A stretch of DNA of 64,000 nt, taken from contig JAGVXK010000021.1 in assembly GCA_018303825.1 (NCBI GenBank), forward strand, positions 1-64,000, written 5' to 3'. Position numbers and translations under genes: made by a program. Below are positions 9,951-18,882 of the stretch, piece by piece (the first letter of the stretch is position 1; each line of letters starts with the position of its first letter). This stretch comes from Candidatus Pacearchaeota archaeon (GTDB lineage Archaea > Nanobdellota > Nanobdellia > Pacearchaeales > GW2011-AR1). The notes under the pieces are model-generated. The model had not been told where the DNA came from. It worked only from the letters and a program-made list of their open reading frames with translations, and did no database searches.

Positions 9951-10115
9951 ATGAAAAATTTAGCAAAAAAACAGATCGGGCAGCCCGGAGCATTTGAGAT
10001 GTTAATCGGAGATGATATGCAGATGACAATAACCACTGGATGCGATGGACAGAGAATAATAATCGAAAATAGTAAAGTTATTGATTATAATATATTAGAG
10101 GAGATAAAAAAATGA
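9951..10115 (+). CDS. 54-aa hypothetical protein between rpoB and rpoA
   Basis: SD ggag upstream of ATG 9951; MKNLAKKQIGQPGAFEMLIGDDMQMTITTGCDGQRIIIENSKVIDYNILEEIKK; its TGA overlaps the rpoA ATG (ATGA). Confidence 0.55.
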   Translation: MKNLAKKQIGQPGAFEMLIGDDMQMTITTGCDGQRIIIENSKVIDYNILEEIKK

Positions 10116-13100
10116 TGGAACAATTTTTCAGAAAACAAGTAAGCGCATTAAAGTTCAGTTTGCTCAGTCCTGAGAAAATAAAGAAAGTCAGCGCGGCAAA
10201 GATAGTAACTCCTGAACTATATGATATTGATGGGTTCCCTGTTGATGGGGGATTAATGGATCTAAGATTAGGAGCAATAGACCCCGGAGTAAGGTGCAGG
10301 ACTTGCGGAAAAAGAGTCAAGGAATGTCCCGGGCATCCAGGAAGCATAGAACTTGCAAGGCCTGTTTTCCACATTAAGTATATTCCTCTGATAGAAGTTT
10401 GCTTGAGATCATTCTGTGCAAAGTGCGGGAAATTACTGCTTACTGAAGAAAAACAAAAAGAGTTAACTCCGGGGCAGAGGGCTAAAAAGGCGAGGGATAT
10501 CAAGAAGTGTCCATATTGCTCTGAAATGCTCGAGAAAGTAAAGCTGGAAAAACCGAGCACATTCATGGTTGGAAAGAAAAGATTGAATCCTATAGAAATT
10601 AAGGATAGATTGCTGAATATTAAGGATGAAGAATTGAAGAGAATAGGAGTTAATGCAAAGACTGCCAGGCCTGAGTGGGCAATTATTTCATTGCTTTTGG
10701 TTCCTTCTGTAACTGTCAGGCCGAGCATTACACTGGAGACAGGAGAAAGAAGCGAAGACGATTTGACTCATAAGTTAAGTGATATTATAAGAGCAAACCA
10801 AAGGTTATGGGAAAACTTGAATGCAGGGGCTCCCGAAGTTATTATTGAAGATCTTTGGGATTTATTGCAGTATCATGTAACAACATTCTTTGACAATAAT
10901 GTTTCGAGAATTCCACCAGCAAGGCATAGATCCGGACAGCCATTGAAGACAATTACAGAAAGAATAAAAGGAAAAGAGGGAAGAATAAGACACAATCTTG
11001 CAGGAAAGAGAGTTAATTATTCTGCCAGAACAGTTGTATCACCAGACCCTTTCATAAAATTAAATGAGGTTGGAGTCCCGTATGAAGTTGCAAAAGTAAT
11101 TACGGTTGCTGAAACTGTAACAACATTGAATATAGATGAAATGAAAGAATTAATCAAGAAAGGGGATAATTATCCTGGAGCAAGTTATGTTATAAGACCG
11201 GATGGAAGAAGAAAGAAAGTAACAGAAGAATTAAAGGAGGAGCTTGTTAATGAAATTCAGCAAGGATATAAAATTGAAAGACATTTGAGAGATGGGGACG
11301 TTGTGCTTTTCAACAGGCACCCTACACTTCACAAGCAGGGATTGATGGCTCACTATGTCAAAGTTCTTCCATATAGAACATTCAGACTTCATCCTGCGGC
11401 TGCATTCCCTTATAACGCAGATTTTGATGGGGATGAAATGAACATTCACAGCCCTCAAAATGAAGAAGCGCTGGCGGAAGCGAGAGTGCTTTTGAACATA
11501 AGCAATAATATAATTTCTTCAAAAAATAACACAAACTTATGCGGAACTATCGCAGATGCTATTACCGGGGCATATATATTAGGAAAAGATGAATTGAACA
11601 AGGCGGAAGCTGACCAATTATTATTTTCTGCCGGAATTATTAATAATTCGAAGAGCAAGAAGATAGATGGAAGAGCTGTTTTCGCGCAAATAATTCCTAA
11701 GGGGAGCAGCATAAAGATTCCGGAAGAAATAACTGGAAGCAACGCATTCGGCGCGGAAGAAGGAAAAATGGTCAAGATTATAGATGAAGAATTTGGAAGG
11801 GAGGTTGCTGTTGATACAATATCAAAGGCGTTCACGCTTGGAACAGTTCACTTATCCAGAAGAGGATACACTATAGCATTGCAAGATATTAATGTCAGTG
11901 ATAAAGTCAAGAAAATAACTCAAGAAATAGTTGCAGAAGCAGAAAAGAAGACAACGGAAATTATAAAGAAGGAGCAAAATGGAGAACTTGAAATAATCCC
12001 TGGAAAGACATTGGAGGAAACAAGAGAAACAAGAATATTGCAGATACTTAACGATGTCAGAACTGAAGTTGCTAAAGTTGTTTCTGATAACTTCCCGCAT
12101 GATGCAAACTTGAATAAGATGATCGCATCAAAAGCTGGAGGAAGCATGACAAATGTTACACAGATAGGTTGTTGCGTAGGACAGCAGTCTCTATGGAGCA
12201 AAAGAATCAGCTTAGGATATAAAGATAGAACATTAAGTTTCTTCAAAAAGCATGACCTTAACCCAGAAGCAAGGGGTTTCATAAAGAATTCATTCCTTTC
12301 CGGATTAAGCCCAACAGAGTTCTTTTTTGGGGCGATAACAGGAAGAGACGCGCTTATGGACTTGGCATTAAGAACACCTAAATCCGGATATCTCTATAGA
12401 AGATTAGTCTCTGCACTGCAGGACTTAAAGGTTGAATATGACGGAACAGTCAGGGATGCCTCTGAAAATATCGTGCAATTTGCATATGGTGATGACGGGA
12501 AAGATGTTGCAAGATTGCACTTAAAAGATGATAAAGTAAGCCCGGGGGAAGCTGTTGGAGTTATAACTGCTCAAAGCTTTGGAGAAGCTTCAACCCAGAT
12601 GGTTTTGAACGTATTCCATGCTGCAGGAGTCGCCCAAATGCAGATTACAATAGGATTGCCAAGACTTGTAGAAATTCTCGATGCCAGAAAGCAGCCTTCT
12701 ACGCCATTGATGACATTATACTTAGAAAGAGATTATAATAATGAAAAGGAAGCAAAAGTTCTTGCTGAAAAAATAAAGGAAGTTAAATTAAAAGAAATTG
12801 TTTCTGAGATAAAAGTGGATTTTGCAAACAAAAAGATTGAAATTGAGCTTGATGCAAAGGCTTTGAAGACAGTCCACTCCGGACCTCAAAAGATAATTGA
12901 CAGATTGCATGAAAAAGGATTTTCAGTTAAAGGAAATGACTTGAGAATAACCCTTACTTTGCAGGATAAAGACTTCAAGGAAATGTACAGGCTTAAAGAA
13001 AAATTAAAAGATACTATAATCTCGGGAGTTAAGGGAATCTCACAGGTTGTTGTAGCACAAAGGGGGAGAGATTATGTTATAATGACTGCCGGTTCTAATT

Positions 13101-13549
13101 TGGCAGATGCAATAACTGTTAAAGGAATAAACAAGGAGAGAGTATTCTCCAACGATATTCATGACGTTTCCGGAACATTTGGAATTGAGGCAGCTAGAGA
13201 AACAATTGTCAGAGAAATTAAGGAAGTTATGGAATCTCAGGGACTTGATGTTAATGAGAGGCATTTAAAGCTTGTTGCAGATGCAATGACTTCATCCGGA
13301 GTTGTTAAAGGAGTTACAAGAATGGGAATAATTTCTGACAAGGCGTCAATTCTTGCAAGAGCAACATTCGAAACACCGGACAAACAATTTGTTGATGCTA
13401 CAATAAAAGGCGGAAGAGACGAGCTGAAATCTGTAATTGAAAATATCCTGCTTAACCAGCCCATACCTGTTGGGACTGGACTTCCAGGACTTCTTGTAAA
13501 AATAACCGGACCTTTGGTGAAAAAGCCCGAGAAAGGTAAGAAGGAGTGA
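10112..13549 (+). CDS. rpoA: RNA polymerase subunit Rpo1, fused A'+A''
   Basis: CRTCG...CPGHPGSIEL, catalytic YNADFDGDEMN, then A''-type PGEAVGVITAQSFGEASTQM...FH, GLPRLVEI and LARATFET in a single ORF. Confidence 0.97.
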   Translation: MMEQFFRKQVSALKFSLLSPEKIKKVSAAKIVTPELYDIDGFPVDGGLMDLRLGAIDPGVRCRTCGKRVKECPGHPGSIELARPVFHIKYIPLIEVCLRSFCAKCGKLLLTEEKQKELTPGQRAKKARDIKKCPYCSEMLEKVKLEKPSTFMVGKKRLNPIEIKDRLLNIKDEELKRIGVNAKTARPEWAIISLLLVPSVTVRPSITLETGERSEDDLTHKLSDIIRANQRLWENLNAGAPEVIIEDLWDLLQYHVTTFFDNNVSRIPPARHRSGQPLKTITERIKGKEGRIRHNLAGKRVNYSARTVVSPDPFIKLNEVGVPYEVAKVITVAETVTTLNIDEMKELIKKGDNYPGASYVIRPDGRRKKVTEELKEELVNEIQQGYKIERHLRDGDVVLFNRHPTLHKQGLMAHYVKVLPYRTFRLHPAAAFPYNADFDGDEMNIHSPQNEEALAEARVLLNISNNIISSKNNTNLCGTIADAITGAYILGKDELNKAEADQLLFSAGIINNSKSKKIDGRAVFAQIIPKGSSIKIPEEITGSNAFGAEEGKMVKIIDEEFGREVAVDTISKAFTLGTVHLSRRGYTIALQDINVSDKVKKITQEIVAEAEKKTTEIIKKEQNGELEIIPGKTLEETRETRILQILNDVRTEVAKVVSDNFPHDANLNKMIASKAGGSMTNVTQIGCCVGQQSLWSKRISLGYKDRTLSFFKKHDLNPEARGFIKNSFLSGLSPTEFFFGAITGRDALMDLALRTPKSGYLYRRLVSALQDLKVEYDGTVRDASENIVQFAYGDDGKDVARLHLKDDKVSPGEAVGVITAQSFGEASTQMVLNVFHAAGVAQMQITIGLPRLVEILDARKQPSTPLMTLYLERDYNNEKEAKVLAEKIKEVKLKEIVSEIKVDFANKKIEIELDAKALKTVHSGPQKIIDRLHEKGFSVKGNDLRITLTLQDKDFKEMYRLKEKLKDTIISGVKGISQVVVAQRGRDYVIMTAGSNLADAITVKGINKERVFSNDIHDVSGTFGIEAARETIVREIKEVMESQGLDVNERHLKLVADAMTSSGVVKGVTRMGIISDKASILARATFETPDKQFVDATIKGGRDELKSVIENILLNQPIPVGTGLPGLLVKITGPLVKKPEKGKKE

Positions 13550-13553
13550 GAAA

Positions 13554-13967
13554 ATGCAGTTAAACATGCAGTTAATGAGATATATTAATCTTCTAGATAA
13601 GGTAACTGGAGTGAAAACCACCAGGTGTTTTTTTTATAATAACGCCATAATCTTTGCTGTGCCTAAAGGTTTCATGGCGCAGGCGATAGGAAAAAATGCC
13701 AGCAACATTTATTATCTGCAGGAAAAAATGGGGAAGAGGGTAAGAATTGTTCAGGAATCAAATGGAACTGAAGATATAGAAAGATTTGTCAGAAGCATAA
13801 TTGAACCTGCTCAATTTAAATCTATAGAAATAAAAGAAAATGAGCTGATAATAACTGCGGGGAGTATGCAGAATAAAGCTAATCTGCTCGGAAGAAACAA
13901 GAAAAGATTCGAAGAACTGAAGGAAATCATAAGGGATGATTTCAGCCTTGAGTTAAAAGTAATGTAG
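13554..13967 (+). CDS. nusA: Archaeal NusA (KH-domain) protein
   Basis: AQAIGKNASNI, LLGRNKKR; canonical position after rpoA. Confidence 0.9.
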   Translation: MQLNMQLMRYINLLDKVTGVKTTRCFFYNNAIIFAVPKGFMAQAIGKNASNIYYLQEKMGKRVRIVQESNGTEDIERFVRSIIEPAQFKSIEIKENELIITAGSMQNKANLLGRNKKRFEELKEIIRDDFSLELKVM

Positions 13968-14230
13968 GGAGATAAATATTAATATTACGACGATAAAACA
14001 TCAAAGTTTGTTTAGGATATTATCATAAAATATTGATGATGAAATTAGCCATTACCTTTTAATTTGACAGAACCAATAAATAAAGGGTTCAAAATAAGAC
14101 TTACAAAGTCTTAAGTAAGTTTAAGGTTTCACGAGTGAAAGGTTTAAAATGGTCTTTAGAAAAGCTCACGGAAAGCAAGGTTTAATAAATGAAAGGTTTA
14201 AAAAGCGAAAAAATTAAGCATAAACATACA

Positions 14231-14653
14231 ATGGGATTAATGAATGCAAGAAAATTGATGAAAAACAGAAAGAAACATAGATGGAGCCAAAAAGCCCATA
14301 AAAAAAGAACTCTTAATCTTAAAATAAAATTCGATCCTCTGGAAGGGAGCTCGCAGGCAAAAGGAATAGTTATTTCAAAGTTTCAAAAAGAAGCAAGACA
14401 GCCTAACTCTGCAATGAGAAAATGCTGCAAAGTTCAGCTGATTAAGAATGGAATTTCTGTTGGGGCATTCATCCCGGGAAACCTTGCTCAGAAATTTATT
14501 GATGAGCACGATGAAGTTTTGATTGAAAGAATTGGCGGAAGAATGGGCCGTTCTCCGGGCGATATTCCTGGAATCAGATTCACAGTAATTAAAGTAAACG
14601 ATCAGCCTTTGCATTTATTGTGGAAAGGCAAGATAGAAAAAGGTAGAAGATAA
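14231..14653 (+). CDS. rps12: 30S ribosomal protein S12
   Basis: [20 protein letters not shown]; the start is more likely ATG 14231 (MGLMNARKL) than 14189. Confidence 0.97.
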   Translation: MGLMNARKLMKNRKKHRWSQKAHKKRTLNLKIKFDPLEGSSQAKGIVISKFQKEARQPNSAMRKCCKVQLIKNGISVGAFIPGNLAQKFIDEHDEVLIERIGGRMGRSPGDIPGIRFTVIKVNDQPLHLLWKGKIEKGRR

Positions 14654-14943
14654 TGAACAAGAGAAGTTTTATGAGACGTCATGTCGGGGAAGAAGTTGTA
14701 GTAATTGGAGCAGACAATGCTACACTTGCTGAAGGAGTAGTTAGCAGAGTGAGGCACATGCCATTCACAGAAAATAGAGATCCTAAAAATAATGGATATT
14801 ATGTGAGAAATAACCAGATTCCTCTAAGAGCTATTTATCGAACTTTAGATTTGAGTAACGCAAGCGTAGCAAAACCAGTTGTATATGCTGATTATGTTTC
14901 ACCAAGCAGAATCAAGGAGGATAGCATAAAATGCCAATCATAG
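14653..14943 (+). CDS. Hypothetical protein inserted between rps12 and rps7
   Basis: 96-aa ORF coupled to the rps12 stop (TAATG). Confidence 0.55.
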   Translation: MNKRSFMRRHVGEEVVVIGADNATLAEGVVSRVRHMPFTENRDPKNNGYYVRNNQIPLRAIYRTLDLSNASVAKPVVYADYVSPSRIKEDSIKCQS

Positions 14944-14997
14944 ACGGCACATCCGGAGTATGTTCATGCCATAAGGATGATGCGGAGTATTTTTCAA

Positions 14998-15615
14998 ATG
15001 ACAGAACAAACACAAGAACAAAAAGGATTTAAGATATTCGACCTTTATGACGTTTCTAATATAGAAATAAAGGACCCTGCATTGAAGCCATACATAAATC
15101 TTGCTCCAAAATTATTATTAAAAAGCCATGGAAGAATAAAAACTAAGCTCGCAAAGACAAAAGTTAATATTGTTGAGAGGCTGGCTGCAAGGTTGCAAGT
15201 TCCGGGGCATGTTGGAAAGAAACATAAAATAATAACATCATGGAGTTCTGGAAAATATAACAGAAATATGAAGACTGTTCTTGAAGTATTGAAGATAATT
15301 GAAAAGAAAACTGGAAAAAATCCTGTTCAGATCTTTGTAGCTGCTATTGAGAATGGCTCTCCTAGGGACGAGATTACAGTTATTGAGCATGCTGGAGCAA
15401 GATACCCCCAGGCAGTTGACTGTTCCCCAATAAGAAGAATAGACCTCGCAATTAGATGGATGACTATTGGAGCTTATGGCAGATCTTTTGGGAAGAAAAA
15501 GAAAATGGCAGACTCTCTCGCAGAAGAAATTATGAGGGCAGGTGAAGGAAGCATGGAAAGCTATGCCTGCTCAAAAAGAAATGAATCTGAAAAACAGGCT
15601 GATTCGGCCAGATAA
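14998..15615 (+). CDS. rps7: 30S ribosomal protein S7
   Basis: KIFDLYDVSNIEIKDPAL, KNPVQIFVAAIENGSPR, RRIDLAIRW, KKRNESEKQADSAR; likely start 14998. Confidence 0.97.
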   Translation: MTEQTQEQKGFKIFDLYDVSNIEIKDPALKPYINLAPKLLLKSHGRIKTKLAKTKVNIVERLAARLQVPGHVGKKHKIITSWSSGKYNRNMKTVLEVLKIIEKKTGKNPVQIFVAAIENGSPRDEITVIEHAGARYPQAVDCSPIRRIDLAIRWMTIGAYGRSFGKKKKMADSLAEEIMRAGEGSMESYACSKRNESEKQADSAR

Positions 15616-15623
15616 ATTCTTGT

Positions 15624-16385
15624 TTGCATTATATATATTCTTACAGACTAGGATTATGTTTAGAATTATGCTTAAACTTTCATAAATATTATATACTCTT
15701 TAAGTTATTTGATTTTGTGAGTTTAATTAAGAGGAGAGCATCGATTGCGGGAGCATTATTATTAGCTTGTTCTGCTTCTTTAGCTGAAGAGGATATTTTA
15801 AGAGTAAGCTCTAACGAAAGAGAAATTAAATTTTCTCTCCCAAGTGTAACAGATGAGCTAGGAATAGCAAAAATCAATTCGCAGTTAAAAATTCCTTATT
15901 CTAATGCTTATCTAGAAGGCAGGAAATTTGACCTTGAAAAAACAATCTTAGAGACAGGAATAACTTATCCAAGTATAATGGGCTTTTACACTGGAAATAG
16001 CGTTGGAATGAAAATTTCTCAGAATTTTGAAAAAAGCCAGAAAAGAACAGATTCAGAAGGCTATTTATCGTCTTGGTTAAGCAGGAGAATTGCATTGACT
16101 GGCCTCTTGAGCATTGACTTAAGCTTGTTTTATAATCATTCTTTAGAATATAATGCAGACAATCTGGGCATTAACTTATACAAAGGGGTACAATTGTATA
16201 AAAATATCTATATTGGGGTTAGTGGATATATGTTCTCAGACTTCAAAGGATATGCCTACCAAAGTATTAATTCTTCGTTATTATTTAGGTTAGGAGATTT
16301 TAATTTTTCTGTATTTATGGAAAAGAGAAAGGATAATTACAAAGAAGGACAATATATGGGACTTACTGTAGGAAAGAAATTCTAA
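15624..16385 (+). CDS. Secreted protein with beta-barrel-like pattern (probable start GTG 15717)
   Basis: Signal peptide (RRASIAGALLLACSASLA), alternating hydrophobic strands, C-terminal YMGLTVGKKF ending in Phe. Confidence 0.55.
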   Translation: MHYIYSYRLGLCLELCLNFHKYYILFKLFDFVSLIKRRASIAGALLLACSASLAEEDILRVSSNEREIKFSLPSVTDELGIAKINSQLKIPYSNAYLEGRKFDLEKTILETGITYPSIMGFYTGNSVGMKISQNFEKSQKRTDSEGYLSSWLSRRIALTGLLSIDLSLFYNHSLEYNADNLGINLYKGVQLYKNIYIGVSGYMFSDFKGYAYQSINSSLLFRLGDFNFSVFMEKRKDNYKEGQYMGLTVGKKF

Positions 16386-16527
16386 GAAATATACTAAAAA
16401 GCTTTAAAAACCCTCTTTATTATCAACATTTATTCTCATGATTGATATGAGATTATAATATAACTATGGTAGAAAATAAACTTTATGAAAGTTTAAGAAA
16501 GCAAGGATTGTTTACTGGAGGTAAACA

Positions 16528-18717
16528 ATGGTAGAGAAAGAAGGAAGCTTACACAAAATAGAAAGATTGACATTGGGAAGGGAAAATATAAGAAACGTAG
16601 CTACCAGCGCGCACATACACCATGGAAAAACTGCTTTCACAGATGTTCTTTTAGCTGCGGCAGGTATGATGGCTACTAAAAATGCCGGAGACTTGGATGA
16701 GGGAATGGCAACCTGGCAGCATTCGGACGAGCAGGAAAGATTAATGACGGTTGATGCAGCAAATGTAAGCATGGCTCATGAATATCTGGGAAAAGAATAT
16801 TTAATTAATTTAATTGACACTCCTGGACACGTTGATTTTTCTGGAAATGTTACAAGAGCTATGAGAGCTATTGACGGCACTTTTGTTTTAGTTTGTGCTG
16901 TAGAAGGAATAATGCCCCAGACTGAAACTGTACTGAAACAAGCATTAAGAGAAAGGGTAAAACCAGTTCTATTTATCAACAAAGTTGACAGACTAATCAA
17001 GGAATTGAAATTGACTCCTGAACAAATGCAAGAGAGATTTACAAAATTAATTGCAGAGTTCAACAGGCATATCATGCAGATTGCCGAACCTGAATACAAA
17101 GAAAAATGGCAGGTTAATGTCAAGGACGGAAGTGTTGCCTTTGGTTCAGCTAGAGAAAACTGGGCATTGAACATTCCATTCATGCAAAAGAAAGGGATTT
17201 CATTTAAAGATATCTATAAAATATATGAAATGCCTGAAAATGAAAGAAAAAAATGGGTTTGGGAAAATGCGCCATTGCATGAAGTTGTTCTTGACATGGC
17301 CGTTAAGCATTTGCCTAATCCTATAACTGCGCAAAAATACAGAATTCCTAAGATATGGAGGGGGGACCCTGAGAGCAAATTCGGCCAAGACTTGGTAAAT
17401 TGCAACAAAGATGGGGAAGTTGCGTTCGTCATTACAAGAATTGTCATCGATCCAAGATCTGGAAAAGAAGTTTCTGCGGGAAGATTATATTCCGGGACAA
17501 TAAAAAATGGAATGGAGGTTTATTCAAATCAATTAAAGAAGAAATACAGGGTGCAGCAAGTGCTGGTTTACAATGGAATTAAACCTGAGCAATTGGACAG
17601 TGTGCCATGCGGAAATGTTCTTGCAATTTCCGGATTAAATTGCAATGTCGGAGATACAATAACTGTAAATGAACAGACACAATTTGAGGAAATCAAGCAC
17701 ATTTTCCAGCCGGTTATTACAAAATCTATCGAAGTTGTTAAATCACAGGATCTGCCAAAGTTAATTGAAGTATTAAGAAAAGTTGCAAAAGAAGACCCTT
17801 CAATTAAAGTCGAAATCAATGAAGAGACTGGAGAGAATCTTCTTTCAGGAATGGGAGAATTGCATTTAGAAATTATAGAAGGAAGGATAAAAACAGAGAA
17901 AGGATTGCAGGTAAAAATGGGCAATCCGATAGTTGTTTATAGAGAATCTTTAACAAAAGATTCTGATGAAATAGAGGTAAGAACGCCTAATGGGCATAAC
18001 ATATTCTTCCTTTCCATAGAGCCTTTGGAAAATGAAGTTTATAATGCAATAGAAAGAGGGGAATTGCCAGAAGGAAGATTAAAGAAAAAGGCAGAGGATA
18101 TATGGAAGAAATTGAATGCTCTTGGACTTCCAAATGAAGAAGCGAGGCAATATCAGGAAATATATAAGGGAAATGTATTTGAAGACAGGACCCGCGGACT
18201 GGTCTTGCTTCCAGAAGTAATTGAATCTATCATTGATGGATGGAGATTAGTCATTGACGGCGGACCATTGGCAAAAGAACCTATGATGAAGACAAAGTTT
18301 GTATTATTGGATGCTAAATTGCACGTTGACCACATGCACAGAGGTCCAGCACAAATCTATCCTGCTATAAGAGAGGGAATGCATAGCGCATTAAAGAAAG
18401 GAGGAGCAGCCATATTGGAACCAATCCAGATGCATCTTGTGGAAGCTCCTGTTGACTTCATGGGAGTAGTGACTGGGCTTATTGGAAGCAAGAGGGGAGT
18501 TTTGATAGATGTCAGGCAGGAAGGGCACGACACATTTATCAAAGCAAAGATTCCAGTAGCAGAAATGATTGGATGGAGCAACGATTTAAGATCCGCCACA
18601 GAAGGCAGGGGAGTTTCGAGCCTGATGGATCAGGAATTCCAGAAACTTCCGAATGAATTGCAACTTGAGGTGGTAAGAAAAATCAGGCAAAGAAAAGGAC
18701 TTGCAGAACACCAATAA
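16528..18717 (+). CDS. fusA: Translation elongation factor EF-2
   Basis: AHIHHGKT, LIDTPGHVDF, NKVD, GMGELHLEI, HRGPAQ diphthamide loop, LRSATEGRG. Confidence 0.97.
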   Translation: MVEKEGSLHKIERLTLGRENIRNVATSAHIHHGKTAFTDVLLAAAGMMATKNAGDLDEGMATWQHSDEQERLMTVDAANVSMAHEYLGKEYLINLIDTPGHVDFSGNVTRAMRAIDGTFVLVCAVEGIMPQTETVLKQALRERVKPVLFINKVDRLIKELKLTPEQMQERFTKLIAEFNRHIMQIAEPEYKEKWQVNVKDGSVAFGSARENWALNIPFMQKKGISFKDIYKIYEMPENERKKWVWENAPLHEVVLDMAVKHLPNPITAQKYRIPKIWRGDPESKFGQDLVNCNKDGEVAFVITRIVIDPRSGKEVSAGRLYSGTIKNGMEVYSNQLKKKYRVQQVLVYNGIKPEQLDSVPCGNVLAISGLNCNVGDTITVNEQTQFEEIKHIFQPVITKSIEVVKSQDLPKLIEVLRKVAKEDPSIKVEINEETGENLLSGMGELHLEIIEGRIKTEKGLQVKMGNPIVVYRESLTKDSDEIEVRTPNGHNIFFLSIEPLENEVYNAIERGELPEGRLKKKAEDIWKKLNALGLPNEEARQYQEIYKGNVFEDRTRGLVLLPEVIESIIDGWRLVIDGGPLAKEPMMKTKFVLLDAKLHVDHMHRGPAQIYPAIREGMHSALKKGGAAILEPIQMHLVEAPVDFMGVVTGLIGSKRGVLIDVRQEGHDTFIKAKIPVAEMIGWSNDLRSATEGRGVSSLMDQEFQKLPNELQLEVVRKIRQRKGLAEHQ

Positions 18718-18738
18718 TTTTATATTTTATTTATTCTT
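18717..18738 (+). repeat. 22-nt direct repeat, copy 1 (also T-rich, terminator-like)
   Basis: attttatattttatttattctt, identical to 20366-20387. Confidence 0.7.
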
Positions 18739-18882
18739 CCTAATACCAAGGGTCTAGCCTTGGGGATTATGCTCGATGAAGATAAGTTGCTGATGAAATA
18801 ACAAAGTTTTTTGCTTTCCAATGCCCTGAGGTTCTGCCTTAGAGTTTTTTATAATAATGATATTTATAAATGAGCATTATTA

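Noticed and set aside
18770-18835. Box C/D sRNA (cgatga...ctgatga...ctga)
   Set aside because: The boxes overlap and the spacing is atypical; no guide target could be identified by eye.
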